Counted from the stretch's first letter, positions 9,779 to 20,076 are shown. The stretch: 64,000 nt of DNA from Actinomycetota bacterium (GCA_023489235.1 JAMDDE010000015.1:10226-74225), one strand, 5' to 3'. The notes: a model not told the origin generated them from the letters alone. Numbers and translations are program-made.

Positions 9779-11137
9779 TCATACCGGTGAGTTGCTCGCC
9801 TCGTTCAGAACAGGATGAGGATGCCTGCTCAGAGCAGGCAATGTGGTCGTGGCACTTGATCTTAAGTTATGGGATATCGACCCCAAGACCTCCTCATACT
9901 GTTCCAAGGTCTTCTCTGCAGTAATACGCCAAGTAAAGCGGTTCAGCACCCTTTGGCGACCAGCCCTCCCCAGTCGGTCACGTAACTGAGCGTTGGATAG
10001 CAGCCTCCCAATTGCAGTAGCAAGCGCATCAGGATCGTTAGGGGGAACAAGTAAAGCGGTATGACCATGACGACCAACCACCTCAGGCAGGGCGCCGCCG
10101 GTAGTGGTGACCAATGGTACTCCACAAGCCATTGCTTCTATAGCAGGCAACGAAAACCCTTCGTACAACGAGGGCACCACGGCTACCTCTGATTCCGCAT
10201 ACATCTCGACCAGCTCATGGTCGGTAATACCGCTCACGAAACTAACGGCCCCATCCAAGCCAAGTCTACGAATGGCAACTGCGGCTCTGCTCTCTGGCTT
10301 CAGTCTCCCTACTACACTCAGTTCAACGGAGGGGTACTCTGCGCGAAGCTTGGCCAGGGCCTCCAATAGGGGAACGAGACCTTTCATGGGAACATCAGCG
10401 CTTGCCGTGGTCATGATCCGAGCCCTGCGACGGACCCTTCCTTCAAGTGGGCGAAACACAGTATGGTCAACACCTACGGGTACCACACTGATCTTCTTGA
10501 GATCAACACCCATCTGGTTCGATATGTCCACCTTCGAGTTGTTGGAGACCGTGATGATACGGGGCAAACGCGAAGCAACCCTCTTCTGCATAGCCAGAAA
10601 TCCATACCAGCGCCTCAGGGTCACCTTTCGCCAAAAACTTCTGGCATGGCTGAGATCGAGCTCTTTGTCCACGGTTATGGGGTGGTGCACTGTTTCCACG
10701 AGAGGCCAACCATCTTTTACCATGCCAAGCAGGCCTCGCCCTAGGCTTTGATTGTCGTGAACTATGTCGAAGCTCCCCAATCGAGAAGCAAGCATCCTCC
10801 TCGCTCGCAGAGAAAAGGTGCGCGGCTCAGGGAATCCAGCAGTAAGCATGATTCCGTATTCGAGCCAATCAATGTAGTCATGGAACTCGCTAAGAGCCGG
10901 CGTACGAAATGGATCCGCGTCCCGATAGAGATCCAGACTGGGAACCGGTACGAGGTCCACACCTTCATCCAGGATAGGATAGGGAGGTCCAGAGAACACG
11001 GTTACCCGGTGACCCAGCTCTACTAACTCCCGAGTCAAGTAACGCGTATATATACCTTGGCCTCCACACTGTGGATTACCCCTGTAGACCAAGAAGGCAA
11101 TCCTCAGCTGACGTTCGATCTTGTCCATGAAAGCCAA
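9779..11137 (-). CDS. Glycosyltransferase family 4 (GT-B fold)
   Basis: 452-aa ORF with a C-terminal EGFSLPAIEAMACGVPLVTT motif (the EX7E region) and an N-terminal GGQGIY motif. Confidence 0.85.
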   Translation of the reverse strand: MAFMDKIERQLRIAFLVYRGNPQCGGQGIYTRYLTRELVELGHRVTVFSGPPYPILDEGVDLVPVPSLDLYRDADPFRTPALSEFHDYIDWLEYGIMLTAGFPEPRTFSLRARRMLASRLGSFDIVHDNQSLGRGLLGMVKDGWPLVETVHHPITVDKELDLSHARSFWRKVTLRRWYGFLAMQKRVASRLPRIITVSNNSKVDISNQMGVDLKKISVVPVGVDHTVFRPLEGRVRRRARIMTTASADVPMKGLVPLLEALAKLRAEYPSVELSVVGRLKPESRAAVAIRRLGLDGAVSFVSGITDHELVEMYAESEVAVVPSLYEGFSLPAIEAMACGVPLVTTTGGALPEVVGRHGHTALLVPPNDPDALATAIGRLLSNAQLRDRLGRAGRQRVLNRFTWRITAEKTLEQYEEVLGSISHNLRSSATTTLPALSRHPHPVLNEASNSPV

Positions 11138-11239
11138 GCCTCTCGCGAATCAGTCGCTTGGTGCAAACACGAGCAAGCGAGCAGTTGGAAAGCGCATATC
11201 AGGTGCAGAAAATATCCCCATAATCATTACACATGCAGT

Positions 11240-12349
11240 TCATGCCCGATGCTCGACCAAAGCATCGATGAAGAGCTTCTCCCACTCCTCAGAGGTGGAA
11301 ACGGGCCAGCGGTCTACAGCTGGAGGATGGTCAAGACAGTAGTGGACGGCTCGGGTTACCGTGGCTGGATCTGCAAGACTCGCCAACGCTCCCCCCATCT
11401 CCAACTCATGAAGCAGGTTCTCTCGCCCATGGCCGGGAACAACATCCAACAGTACAAGGGGACGACCGACCACTCTAGCTTCAGTACAGCTCTGACCCGG
11501 TGAGGTAAGTACTAGATCCGACGCTGCCATGAGCTCAGGTACTTTGTCAGTGAAACCATAGGCGTGTATGTGGTCGTTCCTCGCTGCTAGAGCAGCAAGT
11601 TGGTTGAACAACCTTCCATTGCTGCCAGCTACGGCAAGTACCTCTACCCCAGTGGCTGCAAGAGCCGTGGACAGCTCTGCAAGCGGTCCTACTCCCCAAC
11701 CTCCAGCCATTGCCAGCACACAAGGTACATCATTGGGTATACCCAGGCGTTGACGGGCCGTTAATGAGTCCGGGGCATCGTAGAACACCTTTCGTACCGG
11801 AGCCGGAAGCATCCTCACTGTGGCGCTTGGTTGATACTGGCGAACCGTTGCAGCCGCAAGCTCAGAGGAGACCAGATAGAGATCGATCCCCTCCTGCACC
11901 CACATGCTGTGGGCTGTGGCATCCGTGCAGAAAGTAACTGTGAACAGATTCCGCTTTTCCTTCTTGAGCCTTCCCGCTACGGGTACTCCACTTGCGAAAA
12001 CCGATATCAACAGTTCACAAGGGTGCTTGTCCAAATAGGTGCTAATCTTGGGCAATATCCTCTTGGTGGAAGCCTCCTCCATCCTCTTGGCCAACTTGCT
12101 TCCCCCTCGGAGATGAGTGAAATGATATCCATCGAAGAGCGACTGCACCGCAAACATCTGCTTGAATACCGCTTGGCTCAACCTTGCATTGACCACTCCA
12201 AGCAGGTTCAAGCAGTCTACTGTCTCCGTCGCTATGCCTATAGATGAAAGAGCTCCCTCACAAGCAGATGCAACCGAAGAATGCCCCATGCCAATGGAGC
12301 CGGAGAGGATAAGCGCAGAGAGCCACTTCGATTGCCCAGGCACGCCCAC
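11240..12349 (-). CDS. GT28-family glycosyltransferase (MGDG-synthase / diacylglycerol glycosyltransferase-like)
   Basis: 369-aa ORF with an N-terminal GSIGMGHSSVA motif and a GGWGVGP loop, as in the MGDG_synth plus Glyco_tran_28_C architecture. Confidence 0.7.
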   Translation of the reverse strand: MGVPGQSKWLSALILSGSIGMGHSSVASACEGALSSIGIATETVDCLNLLGVVNARLSQAVFKQMFAVQSLFDGYHFTHLRGGSKLAKRMEEASTKRILPKISTYLDKHPCELLISVFASGVPVAGRLKKEKRNLFTVTFCTDATAHSMWVQEGIDLYLVSSELAAATVRQYQPSATVRMLPAPVRKVFYDAPDSLTARQRLGIPNDVPCVLAMAGGWGVGPLAELSTALAATGVEVLAVAGSNGRLFNQLAALAARNDHIHAYGFTDKVPELMAASDLVLTSPGQSCTEARVVGRPLVLLDVVPGHGRENLLHELEMGGALASLADPATVTRAVHYCLDHPPAVDRWPVSTSEEWEKLFIDALVEHRA

Positions 12350-12357
12350 GATTTCGA

Positions 12358-12675
12358 CTAGTACTTGGGCACGTAGTTCCCGTAGCCAAATATGGCCGTA
12401 CCTACAGCATCAGGATCCTCTACCCCACCAATAACCTCGGTTACCCAGGGCAAGCGATCTCGCAGGATTCTCTCTACTCCTCCTTGCAGAGTCATGGAAC
12501 TCAGGGCGCAAGTGCCACATGCTCCTTGTAGCGCCACCTCGATCTCACCGGTTTCCACATCTGCGTTCACTAGCACTAGATCACCGCCATCAGCCTGTAC
12601 GGCTGGGCGCATCATCTCTATTAGTTCATCAAGCGCCTGACGACGCTCGTTGCGTTCCTCCTCGCTCAGCATCAA
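12358..12675 (-). CDS. NifU-like (Nfu C-terminal domain) iron-sulfur cluster protein
   Basis: 105-aa ORF with DGGDLVLV...GACGTCALS (a CxxC motif). Confidence 0.85.
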   Translation of the reverse strand: MMLSEEERNERRQALDELIEMMRPAVQADGGDLVLVNADVETGEIEVALQGACGTCALSSMTLQGGVERILRDRLPWVTEVIGGVEDPDAVGTAIFGYGNYVPKY

Positions 12676-12722
12676 TACTCTCCTATCATCACTCCACCGC
12701 TACCATGGTACTAGGAGAATAA

Positions 12723-13697
12723 ATGAAAACAGGCCACACACCAGAGAGCAGCAATAACATAACTCGACCACAAGCCCCTAGTTTGGTTATCCTCGCCGCT
12801 GGATTAGCTCGCCGCTACGGCGGGATAAAACCACTGGCCCCAGTCGGCTGCAACGGGGACGCCATCATAGACTTCGCTGGACGAAATGCTTCCATTGCTG
12901 GTTTTGGCAAGATAGTGGTAATAGTCCGTAGGGCAATTTACTCAACTATCAAATACCATATAAGAAGATGCTGGCCTAGTTCACTAGAGGTAGCTTACGT
13001 GCTACAAGATGCTGATAGTACGCTTTCGCCAAATCAATCGATACCCCTAGGAACAGCTCATGCCGTCTTGATGGCACAACCCTATATCGAAGGACCTTTT
13101 GGCGTCGTCAATGCTGATGACATCTATGGCACAGAATCCTACCAGTTGCTTCATGCCGCATTAAGCAACCAAAACAACCTCTCCGACGAGAGCTGTCATG
13201 TTCTAGTGGGCTTTCATCTGAGCAATACTGTCATTACCGACAAACCAGTAAAGCGCGCTGTCTGCAGCGTCACTCCTGCCAACTACTTGTCCGGTATATC
13301 CGAACGCACCGTACTGAGATCGAAGAATGGAGAGTTCTTGGCCAGTGGAGGAGAAGGACCAGAACATCTGGATGGGAACGAGATAGTCTCCGTCAACATG
13401 TGGGGATTCCAGTTGTCAATCTTCCCAGTGCTCGAAAGGGCTATGAAATTGTTCTACACTCAAAATCCCTCATCGGAACTGGATCAAAGCAATGGACCCG
13501 TAAGCGACTACGCTGAACTCCTGCTACCGGACGTAGTCTCCTCCATGCTGAAAGATGAGTCGGAGACGCCAATCCGAGTATTGGAAAGTCGCGACATGTG
13601 CATTGGGGTAACTCACCCTGATGACTTGGAGTTGGTCAAGAGAAGAATGAGGGAGCTGGTTGCCGAAGGAGTCTATCCGGAGGTCCTGTGGCGATAG
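12723..13697 (+). CDS. Nucleotidyltransferase-family protein (sugar-phosphate nucleotidyltransferase-like)
   Basis: 324-aa ORF with an N-terminal LVILAAGLARRYGG-K-PLAPVG motif, matching the NTP_transferase G-x-G-x-R signature. Confidence 0.7.
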   Translation: MKTGHTPESSNNITRPQAPSLVILAAGLARRYGGIKPLAPVGCNGDAIIDFAGRNASIAGFGKIVVIVRRAIYSTIKYHIRRCWPSSLEVAYVLQDADSTLSPNQSIPLGTAHAVLMAQPYIEGPFGVVNADDIYGTESYQLLHAALSNQNNLSDESCHVLVGFHLSNTVITDKPVKRAVCSVTPANYLSGISERTVLRSKNGEFLASGGEGPEHLDGNEIVSVNMWGFQLSIFPVLERAMKLFYTQNPSSELDQSNGPVSDYAELLLPDVVSSMLKDESETPIRVLESRDMCIGVTHPDDLELVKRRMRELVAEGVYPEVLWR

Positions 13698-14785
13698 CTT
13701 TCAGGCACCCGGAGACCACCTCTCACCGAGGAAAGCTGAGGATTGCACAGCTCAGCTTTAAATCTCTCCGAAGCGTTGTAGATCCTTGGAGAACACATTG
13801 GCGTCTATTGGTTGCAGCATGCATAAACTTCGCTCTTGTTGGAGTAGAGGTTGCTTATGGATTGTTGGGCCACTCAGAAGCACTACTAGCAGATGCAGGC
13901 CACAACCTAGGTGACCTGGCTGCTATCCTCCTAGCTCTGACAGCAGCCAAATGGGCTCTTCGACCTAGAACCACCTTACGATCATTTGGTTACTACCGCG
14001 GTACCATTCTGGCAGCTCTTGGCAACTCTGCAATGATGATCGCAGCAACAGCACTCATAGTCGCGGGAAGCATATGGCACCTTCTCCACCCGCAAGTCGT
14101 CGACGCTTCATCGGTCATAGCAGTAGCCTCCGTTGCCTTTCTGGCCAACATAGGAGCCGCTCTGCTGCTCATCCCCCGTTCCAAGGACTTGAATGCCACC
14201 ACGATCTTCTGGCATATGGCTGGTGACGTAGCTACTTCTGCAGCAGTTGCACTTAGCGGAGTCGTGATCCTGCTCACCGGAGGTCTCTACCAGATCGACC
14301 CAGCAGTGTCCATGGGTATAAGCATATTGATAGCTTGGCAGGCTTGGCGTCTTCTCCGCGCAAGCATAGACGTCCTGTTGGAATCCGTACCCTCCGATAT
14401 AGACCTCCACTCTCTGGAAAGTGCAATGATGACCATGCCAAGGGTAGCTGAAGTGCACGATCTGCACGTATGGAGCCTCTCCAGCGATGTACGTGCTCTC
14501 TCGGCTCACCTGGTCCTCCAGGGTCATCCCTCCTTGGAGGAGGCCCAGGCGATCGGAGACCAGGTGCGCGAGAACATCGAAAAGACGTTCTCGATCGCGC
14601 ACTCCACACTGGAGCTCGAATGTGAGAGATGCAGCGACGACCCGAACGACCCCTGCTACATAGACCGTACTTCATCCCCTCCCCATGAGGGTGCGAGGTT
14701 ATCGAATGGAATTGCTTCAGAGGGTGCTGAAGCGACAGGCATGAGTAGCTCTGATATAACGAGTGGGACCCCAGTCACTCAGTGA
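13688..14785 (+). CDS. Cation diffusion facilitator (CDF) family metal efflux transporter
   Basis: 365-aa ORF with six hydrophobic segments, HNLGD and HMAGD metal-site motifs, and a C-terminal [11 protein letters not shown] signature. Its start overlaps the upstream stop. Confidence 0.9.
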   Translation: MAIAFRHPETTSHRGKLRIAQLSFKSLRSVVDPWRTHWRLLVAACINFALVGVEVAYGLLGHSEALLADAGHNLGDLAAILLALTAAKWALRPRTTLRSFGYYRGTILAALGNSAMMIAATALIVAGSIWHLLHPQVVDASSVIAVASVAFLANIGAALLLIPRSKDLNATTIFWHMAGDVATSAAVALSGVVILLTGGLYQIDPAVSMGISILIAWQAWRLLRASIDVLLESVPSDIDLHSLESAMMTMPRVAEVHDLHVWSLSSDVRALSAHLVLQGHPSLEEAQAIGDQVRENIEKTFSIAHSTLELECERCSDDPNDPCYIDRTSSPPHEGARLSNGIASEGAEATGMSSSDITSGTPVTQ

Positions 14786-15054
14786 TGGTACGACGGCATC
14801 TCTTCATCTCCGGCAAGGTGCAGGGCGTGTTCTTCAGGGCAAGCCTGCAGGAACTGGCTGAGAAAGCTGGTGTCAGTGGATGGGCACGGAATACTCCTGA
14901 TGGTCGCGTGGAGGCTGTTCTCGAAGGTGAGGAGGATGCCGTGAACGCCTTGATATCCTGGTGCAAGGTAGGACCTCCTAGAGCCGAGGTGAAGAATGTG
15001 GAGATGGAAGAGGAAGAGCCTGAGGGAGAAGGGGGACATTTCGCTATTAGGTGA
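14782..15054 (+). CDS. acyP: Acylphosphatase
   Basis: 90-aa [14 protein letters not shown]...[20 protein letters not shown] matches the acylphosphatase signatures. The start overlaps the CDF stop. Confidence 0.92.
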   Translation: MMVRRHLFISGKVQGVFFRASLQELAEKAGVSGWARNTPDGRVEAVLEGEEDAVNALISWCKVGPPRAEVKNVEMEEEEPEGEGGHFAIR

Positions 15055-15137
15055 GTGGAGGAAGGCGTAACTTAGCAGTAAGGTCGAGACGAAGAGGGCC
15101 TCCCTCCGGGACAATGGTACGGCAGTCCCAGGCAGTC

Positions 15138-16832
15138 TTAGGAAATTAGATCGAACAAATTATCGTCATCTTCCGCAATTGCCTTGGCTATTAGTGCAGT
15201 TCGGGTTTCCCCCCATCCCATTGGTCCAAACCGTGCTAGCTTTTCTTGACTTACTTGTTCTGGTCGTTTGGAAATATCTGGATGATCGGGAGAGCCTGTA
15301 TTCACCTGTTCCCGAGCAGAAACTCGTCTTCCATTGTGGAATTGGATCGTCACTTCAGCGGGAAATACCATTGCTGTTCGGAATCGTCTTGCAGGGGTCG
15401 GGAGGGCAGTGGTGATCCTCGGTCGCTCCTTGTCGATCAGGAAGATTGCAAGATCCTTGATGATGTCAGGATGCAAGTTTGTACAGGCAGTCGTAGGATG
15501 ATCAGTTTTTACCTTGAGCAGACCTTTGAGCATTTGGTATGGACCCACCTCTGATAGGAGAGAGCCGAGAGGAGGCAGATTCATCAAGCTGGCACCTATA
15601 GCTTGACTGGTCATACGCCAATCATGGCGTAGCACCACCTTGTCAGCTAGTGCACCTAGCTGTTCGGCATGGTCGGCGAGCCAACTATTCTGCAACACAT
15701 CCGGATCGAACGACGAAGCAACTATCGTAACAGCCACTGACCAGGGAACTGAGAAACCGACTATTACTGGACTAAGTGCATGATAACTGTGCCGGGCTCG
15801 ATGAACATGCTTACTGAATAGGCTCTTAGCCCTGGCCCTGATCCTGGGTCCGGCAATGGTGGATCTGGTGGTGGTTCTGGATGTGGAGGTGGTGGATGCG
15901 GCGATCCTGGGTTCTACGATGGTCATGGTATTCATCGCGCAGGTAAAGATACTGGCATCCACAGCTATAGAGGAAATGGTAGAGGGATCCAAAGGCCCTA
16001 GTGAGAGAAGAGATTCGATTACAGAGGTAAGATAGGCACAGCCTGGAAGAGGTTTGATTGCCAGCGTCCTCGTAAGCCAGTATTCCCCGAGCCCCCCAAG
16101 AGCAGCATGAAAAGGTGCATAGGAAAAACTGGACAGTAAACCATCTGGAGTGTCGAGGATGTCAAGTGGCCCAATCATGCCCTTGGCAGCTAGTCGAGCC
16201 GCTCTGAGTCCTGATATGGTCCCCTCGACTGCTGTCAGAACCTTGGTTCCCGAAGAGATGAAACCCGGTATAGATGGTCTAGGTGGTTGATATAACGCTA
16301 TGGCCAATGCATGAGCCGTACGTTCTTTGTTTAATCCCAGTACTTTCGCTGCTGCTGCAGCAGCTCCAGCCGCATGCACGAATGACCAGAGCTGACCGTT
16401 CAGAGGACCAAGTATGCAAGCTGCTCCTAACCGAGCTTCTACCTCGTCAGCTATCAACTGAGCCAACAACTGGACGTCTGCTCCAGCTCCTGTCTCGCTA
16501 GCCAGGAGAAGCGGTACGAGAACCGCCGAATGGCCTGGGTGGGCAAAACTAAGGTAATCATCGAAATCCAAAGCCATGGAGAAAGCACTGGCAGCTACCA
16601 ATGCATCGTCCACACGAACCTTGCGTTCAGTGAAGACTAGCGGAGCAGGACCTGTACTCGCCCAAGAAGATACCGCATCCAGAACAACACGCGCAGAGTC
16701 ATCGTTGTAAGAAGAGGCTATAGAGGCTAGCACTGACCGGCGTTGGGCTCGTAAACGATCCAGCACGTCAAGAGGGATCACATTCAACTGAAGTGAACTG
16801 GCAAAATCAGCTATTTCCTCTATATAGCCCAT
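15138..16832 (-). CDS. MmgE/PrpD-family protein (2-methylcitrate-dehydratase-like)
   Basis: 564-aa ORF. The N-terminal IADFASSLQLNVIPLDVLDRLRAQ region and the overall layout resemble MmgE/PrpD. It carries an S/T/R-rich insertion at about aa 308-352. Confidence 0.65.
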   Translation of the reverse strand: MGYIEEIADFASSLQLNVIPLDVLDRLRAQRRSVLASIASSYNDDSARVVLDAVSSWASTGPAPLVFTERKVRVDDALVAASAFSMALDFDDYLSFAHPGHSAVLVPLLLASETGAGADVQLLAQLIADEVEARLGAACILGPLNGQLWSFVHAAGAAAAAAKVLGLNKERTAHALAIALYQPPRPSIPGFISSGTKVLTAVEGTISGLRAARLAAKGMIGPLDILDTPDGLLSSFSYAPFHAALGGLGEYWLTRTLAIKPLPGCAYLTSVIESLLSLGPLDPSTISSIAVDASIFTCAMNTMTIVEPRIAASTTSTSRTTTRSTIAGPRIRARAKSLFSKHVHRARHSYHALSPVIVGFSVPWSVAVTIVASSFDPDVLQNSWLADHAEQLGALADKVVLRHDWRMTSQAIGASLMNLPPLGSLLSEVGPYQMLKGLLKVKTDHPTTACTNLHPDIIKDLAIFLIDKERPRITTALPTPARRFRTAMVFPAEVTIQFHNGRRVSAREQVNTGSPDHPDISKRPEQVSQEKLARFGPMGWGETRTALIAKAIAEDDDNLFDLIS

Positions 16833-17101
16833 ACTACTATATTATCTATACTACTATATAACTCATACTATCGTGTAGTACTCAGCCAAGAACGGGAGAA
16901 CCGTTCCTCGCCCTTGGGACGGAGATTGCGGGTTACCTGATCAATGGCAACCTCGAACAAACAGCTCCTCTCTTGCGGACGGCGGTTGTGATCCATCTCC
17001 CTCGAACTCATATGCCAGCACATCTCCTGCATTGTCGGACGGCCATTATAGATATTTCGAGTGATTATAGAGATCAACTTTACGATATTCTATTATTAAA
17101 C

Positions 17102-18436
17102 TTATATTATACGAACAAAGCCACTCTCGTCACTCGCTTCTCGGGAGTCACCTCTAGGTGGTGGGGGCACATCCCTAGCAATGACATGTACATCTACACC
17201 GGCTTTCGCAGCAGCACGAAGTACCTTCTGTACTATGGAACCTTTGGTAATTTCCTCCCATCGCTTCCGCCTAGTTGAACCAAGCACTATCTGAGTAATA
17301 TGGTGATCCCGTGCAAACTCAACCAATGCATCAGCTGGATCAGGTGCACGTATCTCCTCCCATATACCCCCAACATTCGCGGCCAACTTTTTCAAACCTT
17401 CTACTTCATCGCGGTTGATGCGCGACCCATCATCTGGAAGGATATGCACCACATACAGTACTCCCTTGGAACGAGCCGCCATCCGAGCAGCTCGTCGTAT
17501 TATTTGATCTGCACTCCCACTAGCAGTAACTCCGACCATGATGCGCTCTGTGGTCTCCCACAATCCCTTCATGCCGTGCCGTCTCAGATAAGCGAGCATC
17601 TCCTCATCGGTCTCATCGGCTAAAAAGCGAAGGGCCAGTTCGCGAAGGGCAGTGAGATTTTCCACTCGAAAGAAATTGTCCAATGCAGAAGGAACCTTTT
17701 CCGGAGGGTATATATTGCCATGCAGCATGCGACGACGAAGCTGTCCTGGGGAAGAGTCAACCAGCTCGATCTGATCAGCCTTACGTACCACCCAATCAGG
17801 AACTCGTTCCCTAACCCGAACCCCAGTCATTTCCTCTACTGCGTCAGCAAGGCTTTCCAGGTGCTGGATATTCACTGTAGTGATCACACCAATACCAGCA
17901 TCCAATATCTCGAGAACATCCTCCCAGCGCTTTTCGTGACGTCCACTACCTGGAACGTTGGTATGAGCCAATTCATCAATTAGAGCTACCTGGGGATGGC
18001 GAGCCAGTACAGCATCCAGGTCCATCTCTTCGAACTCCTTGCCACGATAAATCACTTTTTTCCGTGGCACGATCTCCAAGTCCCTTATCTGTTCGGCCGT
18101 GTGGAGACGACCGTGGACTTCTACAAACCCTATTACCACATCGGTGCCGCGCTGATGCCTCCGCCAACCTTCATTGAGCATGGCAAAGGTCTTGCCTACC
18201 CCTGCCGCAGCACCAAGATATATACGAAATCGTCCTGCAGGTTCTACGCTAGTCCTAGTATCACTCTCTGTCTGGAGCCCCTTCGTCTCTTTCCTTCCCA
18301 ACTCATGAATGGCCCCAGCTTCTAAGCTTTCCTCGGTCTTGTCGATTTCCCATGCTGGAATCTCTGGTTCGTCATCCCCTGTATGCTCCACTGCTTTCTC
18401 CATTCCCAACTCATTCAAGCTGGCCAAAAGGGTCAT
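17102..18436 (-). CDS. KdpD N-terminal sensor domain plus USP domain protein (no transmembrane or histidine-kinase part)
   Basis: 444-aa ORF. GAAAGVGKTFAMLNEG (P-loop), VIGFVEVHGR and TTVNIQHLESL are typical of the KdpD N-terminal domain. A USP-like block (IMVGVTASGS...HVIARD) follows. Confidence 0.8.
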   Translation of the reverse strand: MTLLASLNELGMEKAVEHTGDDEPEIPAWEIDKTEESLEAGAIHELGRKETKGLQTESDTRTSVEPAGRFRIYLGAAAGVGKTFAMLNEGWRRHQRGTDVVIGFVEVHGRLHTAEQIRDLEIVPRKKVIYRGKEFEEMDLDAVLARHPQVALIDELAHTNVPGSGRHEKRWEDVLEILDAGIGVITTVNIQHLESLADAVEEMTGVRVRERVPDWVVRKADQIELVDSSPGQLRRRMLHGNIYPPEKVPSALDNFFRVENLTALRELALRFLADETDEEMLAYLRRHGMKGLWETTERIMVGVTASGSADQIIRRAARMAARSKGVLYVVHILPDDGSRINRDEVEGLKKLAANVGGIWEEIRAPDPADALVEFARDHHITQIVLGSTRRKRWEEITKGSIVQKVLRAAAKAGVDVHVIARDVPPPPRGDSREASDESGFVRII

Positions 18437-18538
18437 ACCTGGTCATGCCTGGTCATACCCTTCGATCCCTCCTCTAGTCTCGATCCCCTTGTTCCAGTAT
18501 CAATCCCCTTGTCATCAGTCATTCTGCTCCAAGAATAG

Positions 18539-19915
18539 TTAGTCGACCGAGAAAATCACCCCTGGATTCAACAGTCCTTTGGGGTCTAATGACCTCTTTA
18601 TCGCCTTCATAGCAGCTATTTCCGCATTGCTTCGACAAAGTGACAACCAGGGGGACTTTGCAATACCTACACCATGCTCGGCACTGATGCTTCCACCAAA
18701 CGAAGCCACATGACGAAGCAGCTTCTCTTCAATACTGGTATCAGAAGGTGATGGTCCTTGAACGCTCAAATGAAGATTGCCATCGCCAAGATGGCCCCAT
18801 ACAACCAACTGAACCTCTTGACCGCCAAGTTCGTGATTGAAGGAGGCAACCAGCTGGCGCATGGACGATTCGAACTCGGCTAAAGAGGCTTGAGGTATGG
18901 TTACATCAAAGACATGCTGAGGCGAAGCGGTACGGTTGGATATCTCGGGATGCCACTCTCGGTAGGCCCACAACCGTTCTCTTACCGTGCTATCCGTACC
19001 AATAGCAGAGTCGAGCACCCCTGGAGCAGTACTGAGGAAATCAAGTAAATTGTCCACAGGATCGTGGCGGCCAGCTACTTCAACAGTAAGATATACGGGG
19101 TAGGACACATCAAATGGCTTCTGTAGTCCGACTTGTCTAGAGACCATCTCTACGCCTTCTCTGTACATGATCTCTACCGCTCTCAGCCCCTCCAGCGACT
19201 TGCGCATGTCTTGGAGTAAGTTCACCGCATCAGCGGTGGAATCAAGAGCAATCAATGCAGTAGCCCTATAGGGAGCCTTGGGAACAAGTCGGAGACGAGC
19301 CGCTGTAACAACGGCAAGAGTACCCTCACTCCCCGTGAGAAGACCTGCAATGTCGTAGCCAGTATTGTCCTTGACCAAACCACCGAGGTGAGAGATAACC
19401 TCACCGGAGGCAAGGACTGCTTCCAGCCCAAGTACCTGAGCACGAGTTGAACCAAAAGCCATTACCTGCATACCACCTGCATTAGTAGCTACCATGCCAC
19501 CAACGGTGGCGGAGTCGCGAGCGCCGAAGTCAACGGGGTACTCATATCCATGCTGCAAGGCATAACGCTGAAGACGAGAGAGGGTTACACCAGCCTCGGC
19601 AGTTATTTGGCCACTGGCATCATCTATCTCCCCTATCCCATCCAATCGTTTCAGTGAAAGAACCACCTCCCCTCCACGAGGGACCGAACCGCCAGTCAAA
19701 CCGGTATTCCCTCCTTGGGGGACTATGGGACAGCCGTAGTCAGCACACAACTTCACTACAGCAGAGACTTCCTCGGTGGTCTTGGGCCTTACGGCGCACC
19801 GAGCCTTTCCTTGAAAACGCCTCGTCCAATCTACCTCGTAGGAACTGAGGCTAACTGGATCATCGATTACATTAACTTCGCCCACCACTTTTCTCAGCTC
19901 TTCTTCTAAACTCAC
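18539..19915 (-). CDS. FAD-linked oxidase (GlcD / D-lactate dehydrogenase family)
   Basis: 458-aa ORF with an FAD_binding_4 pattern (PQGGNTGLTGGSVP) and a C-terminal GGSISAEHGVG motif. Confidence 0.88.
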   Translation of the reverse strand: MSLEEELRKVVGEVNVIDDPVSLSSYEVDWTRRFQGKARCAVRPKTTEEVSAVVKLCADYGCPIVPQGGNTGLTGGSVPRGGEVVLSLKRLDGIGEIDDASGQITAEAGVTLSRLQRYALQHGYEYPVDFGARDSATVGGMVATNAGGMQVMAFGSTRAQVLGLEAVLASGEVISHLGGLVKDNTGYDIAGLLTGSEGTLAVVTAARLRLVPKAPYRATALIALDSTADAVNLLQDMRKSLEGLRAVEIMYREGVEMVSRQVGLQKPFDVSYPVYLTVEVAGRHDPVDNLLDFLSTAPGVLDSAIGTDSTVRERLWAYREWHPEISNRTASPQHVFDVTIPQASLAEFESSMRQLVASFNHELGGQEVQLVVWGHLGDGNLHLSVQGPSPSDTSIEEKLLRHVASFGGSISAEHGVGIAKSPWLSLCRSNAEIAAMKAIKRSLDPKGLLNPGVIFSVD

Positions 19916-20040
19916 TAGCTCGCCCCCTTCTCCATGACGATCCCCAATGGCTGGGCTATACAGCCGTATCAGTGATCATAGGCCGTTCCTGACCGTTTTT
20001 TTGCACAATGTCCCTTATCCCAGTCTCACGCTTCCCCGCT

Positions 20041-20076
20041 CCCAAAGCGTTTAGACAGCCCAAAGCGTTTAGACAG
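20041..20076. repeat. Perfect 18-bp tandem duplication in a divergent promoter region
   Basis: CCCAAAGCGTTTAGACAG occurs twice back to back (20041-20058 and 20059-20076). Confidence 0.9.

Noticed and set aside
15777-15911. S/T/R-rich insertion (…AASTTSTSRTTTRSTIAGPRIRARAK…) of about 45 aa inside the MmgE/PrpD-family protein.
   Set aside because: It is most simply a lineage-specific low-complexity loop between the two PrpD domains. The reading frame is intact and nothing suggests a separate element.
16868-17077. 69-aa ORF (TTG start) in the AT-rich spacer between the PrpD-like and KdpD-like genes.
   Set aside because: It has a weak start codon, no ribosome-binding site and no recognisable motif. 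The AT-rich spacer with its ATACTACTATAT repeats is more likely promoter DNA.
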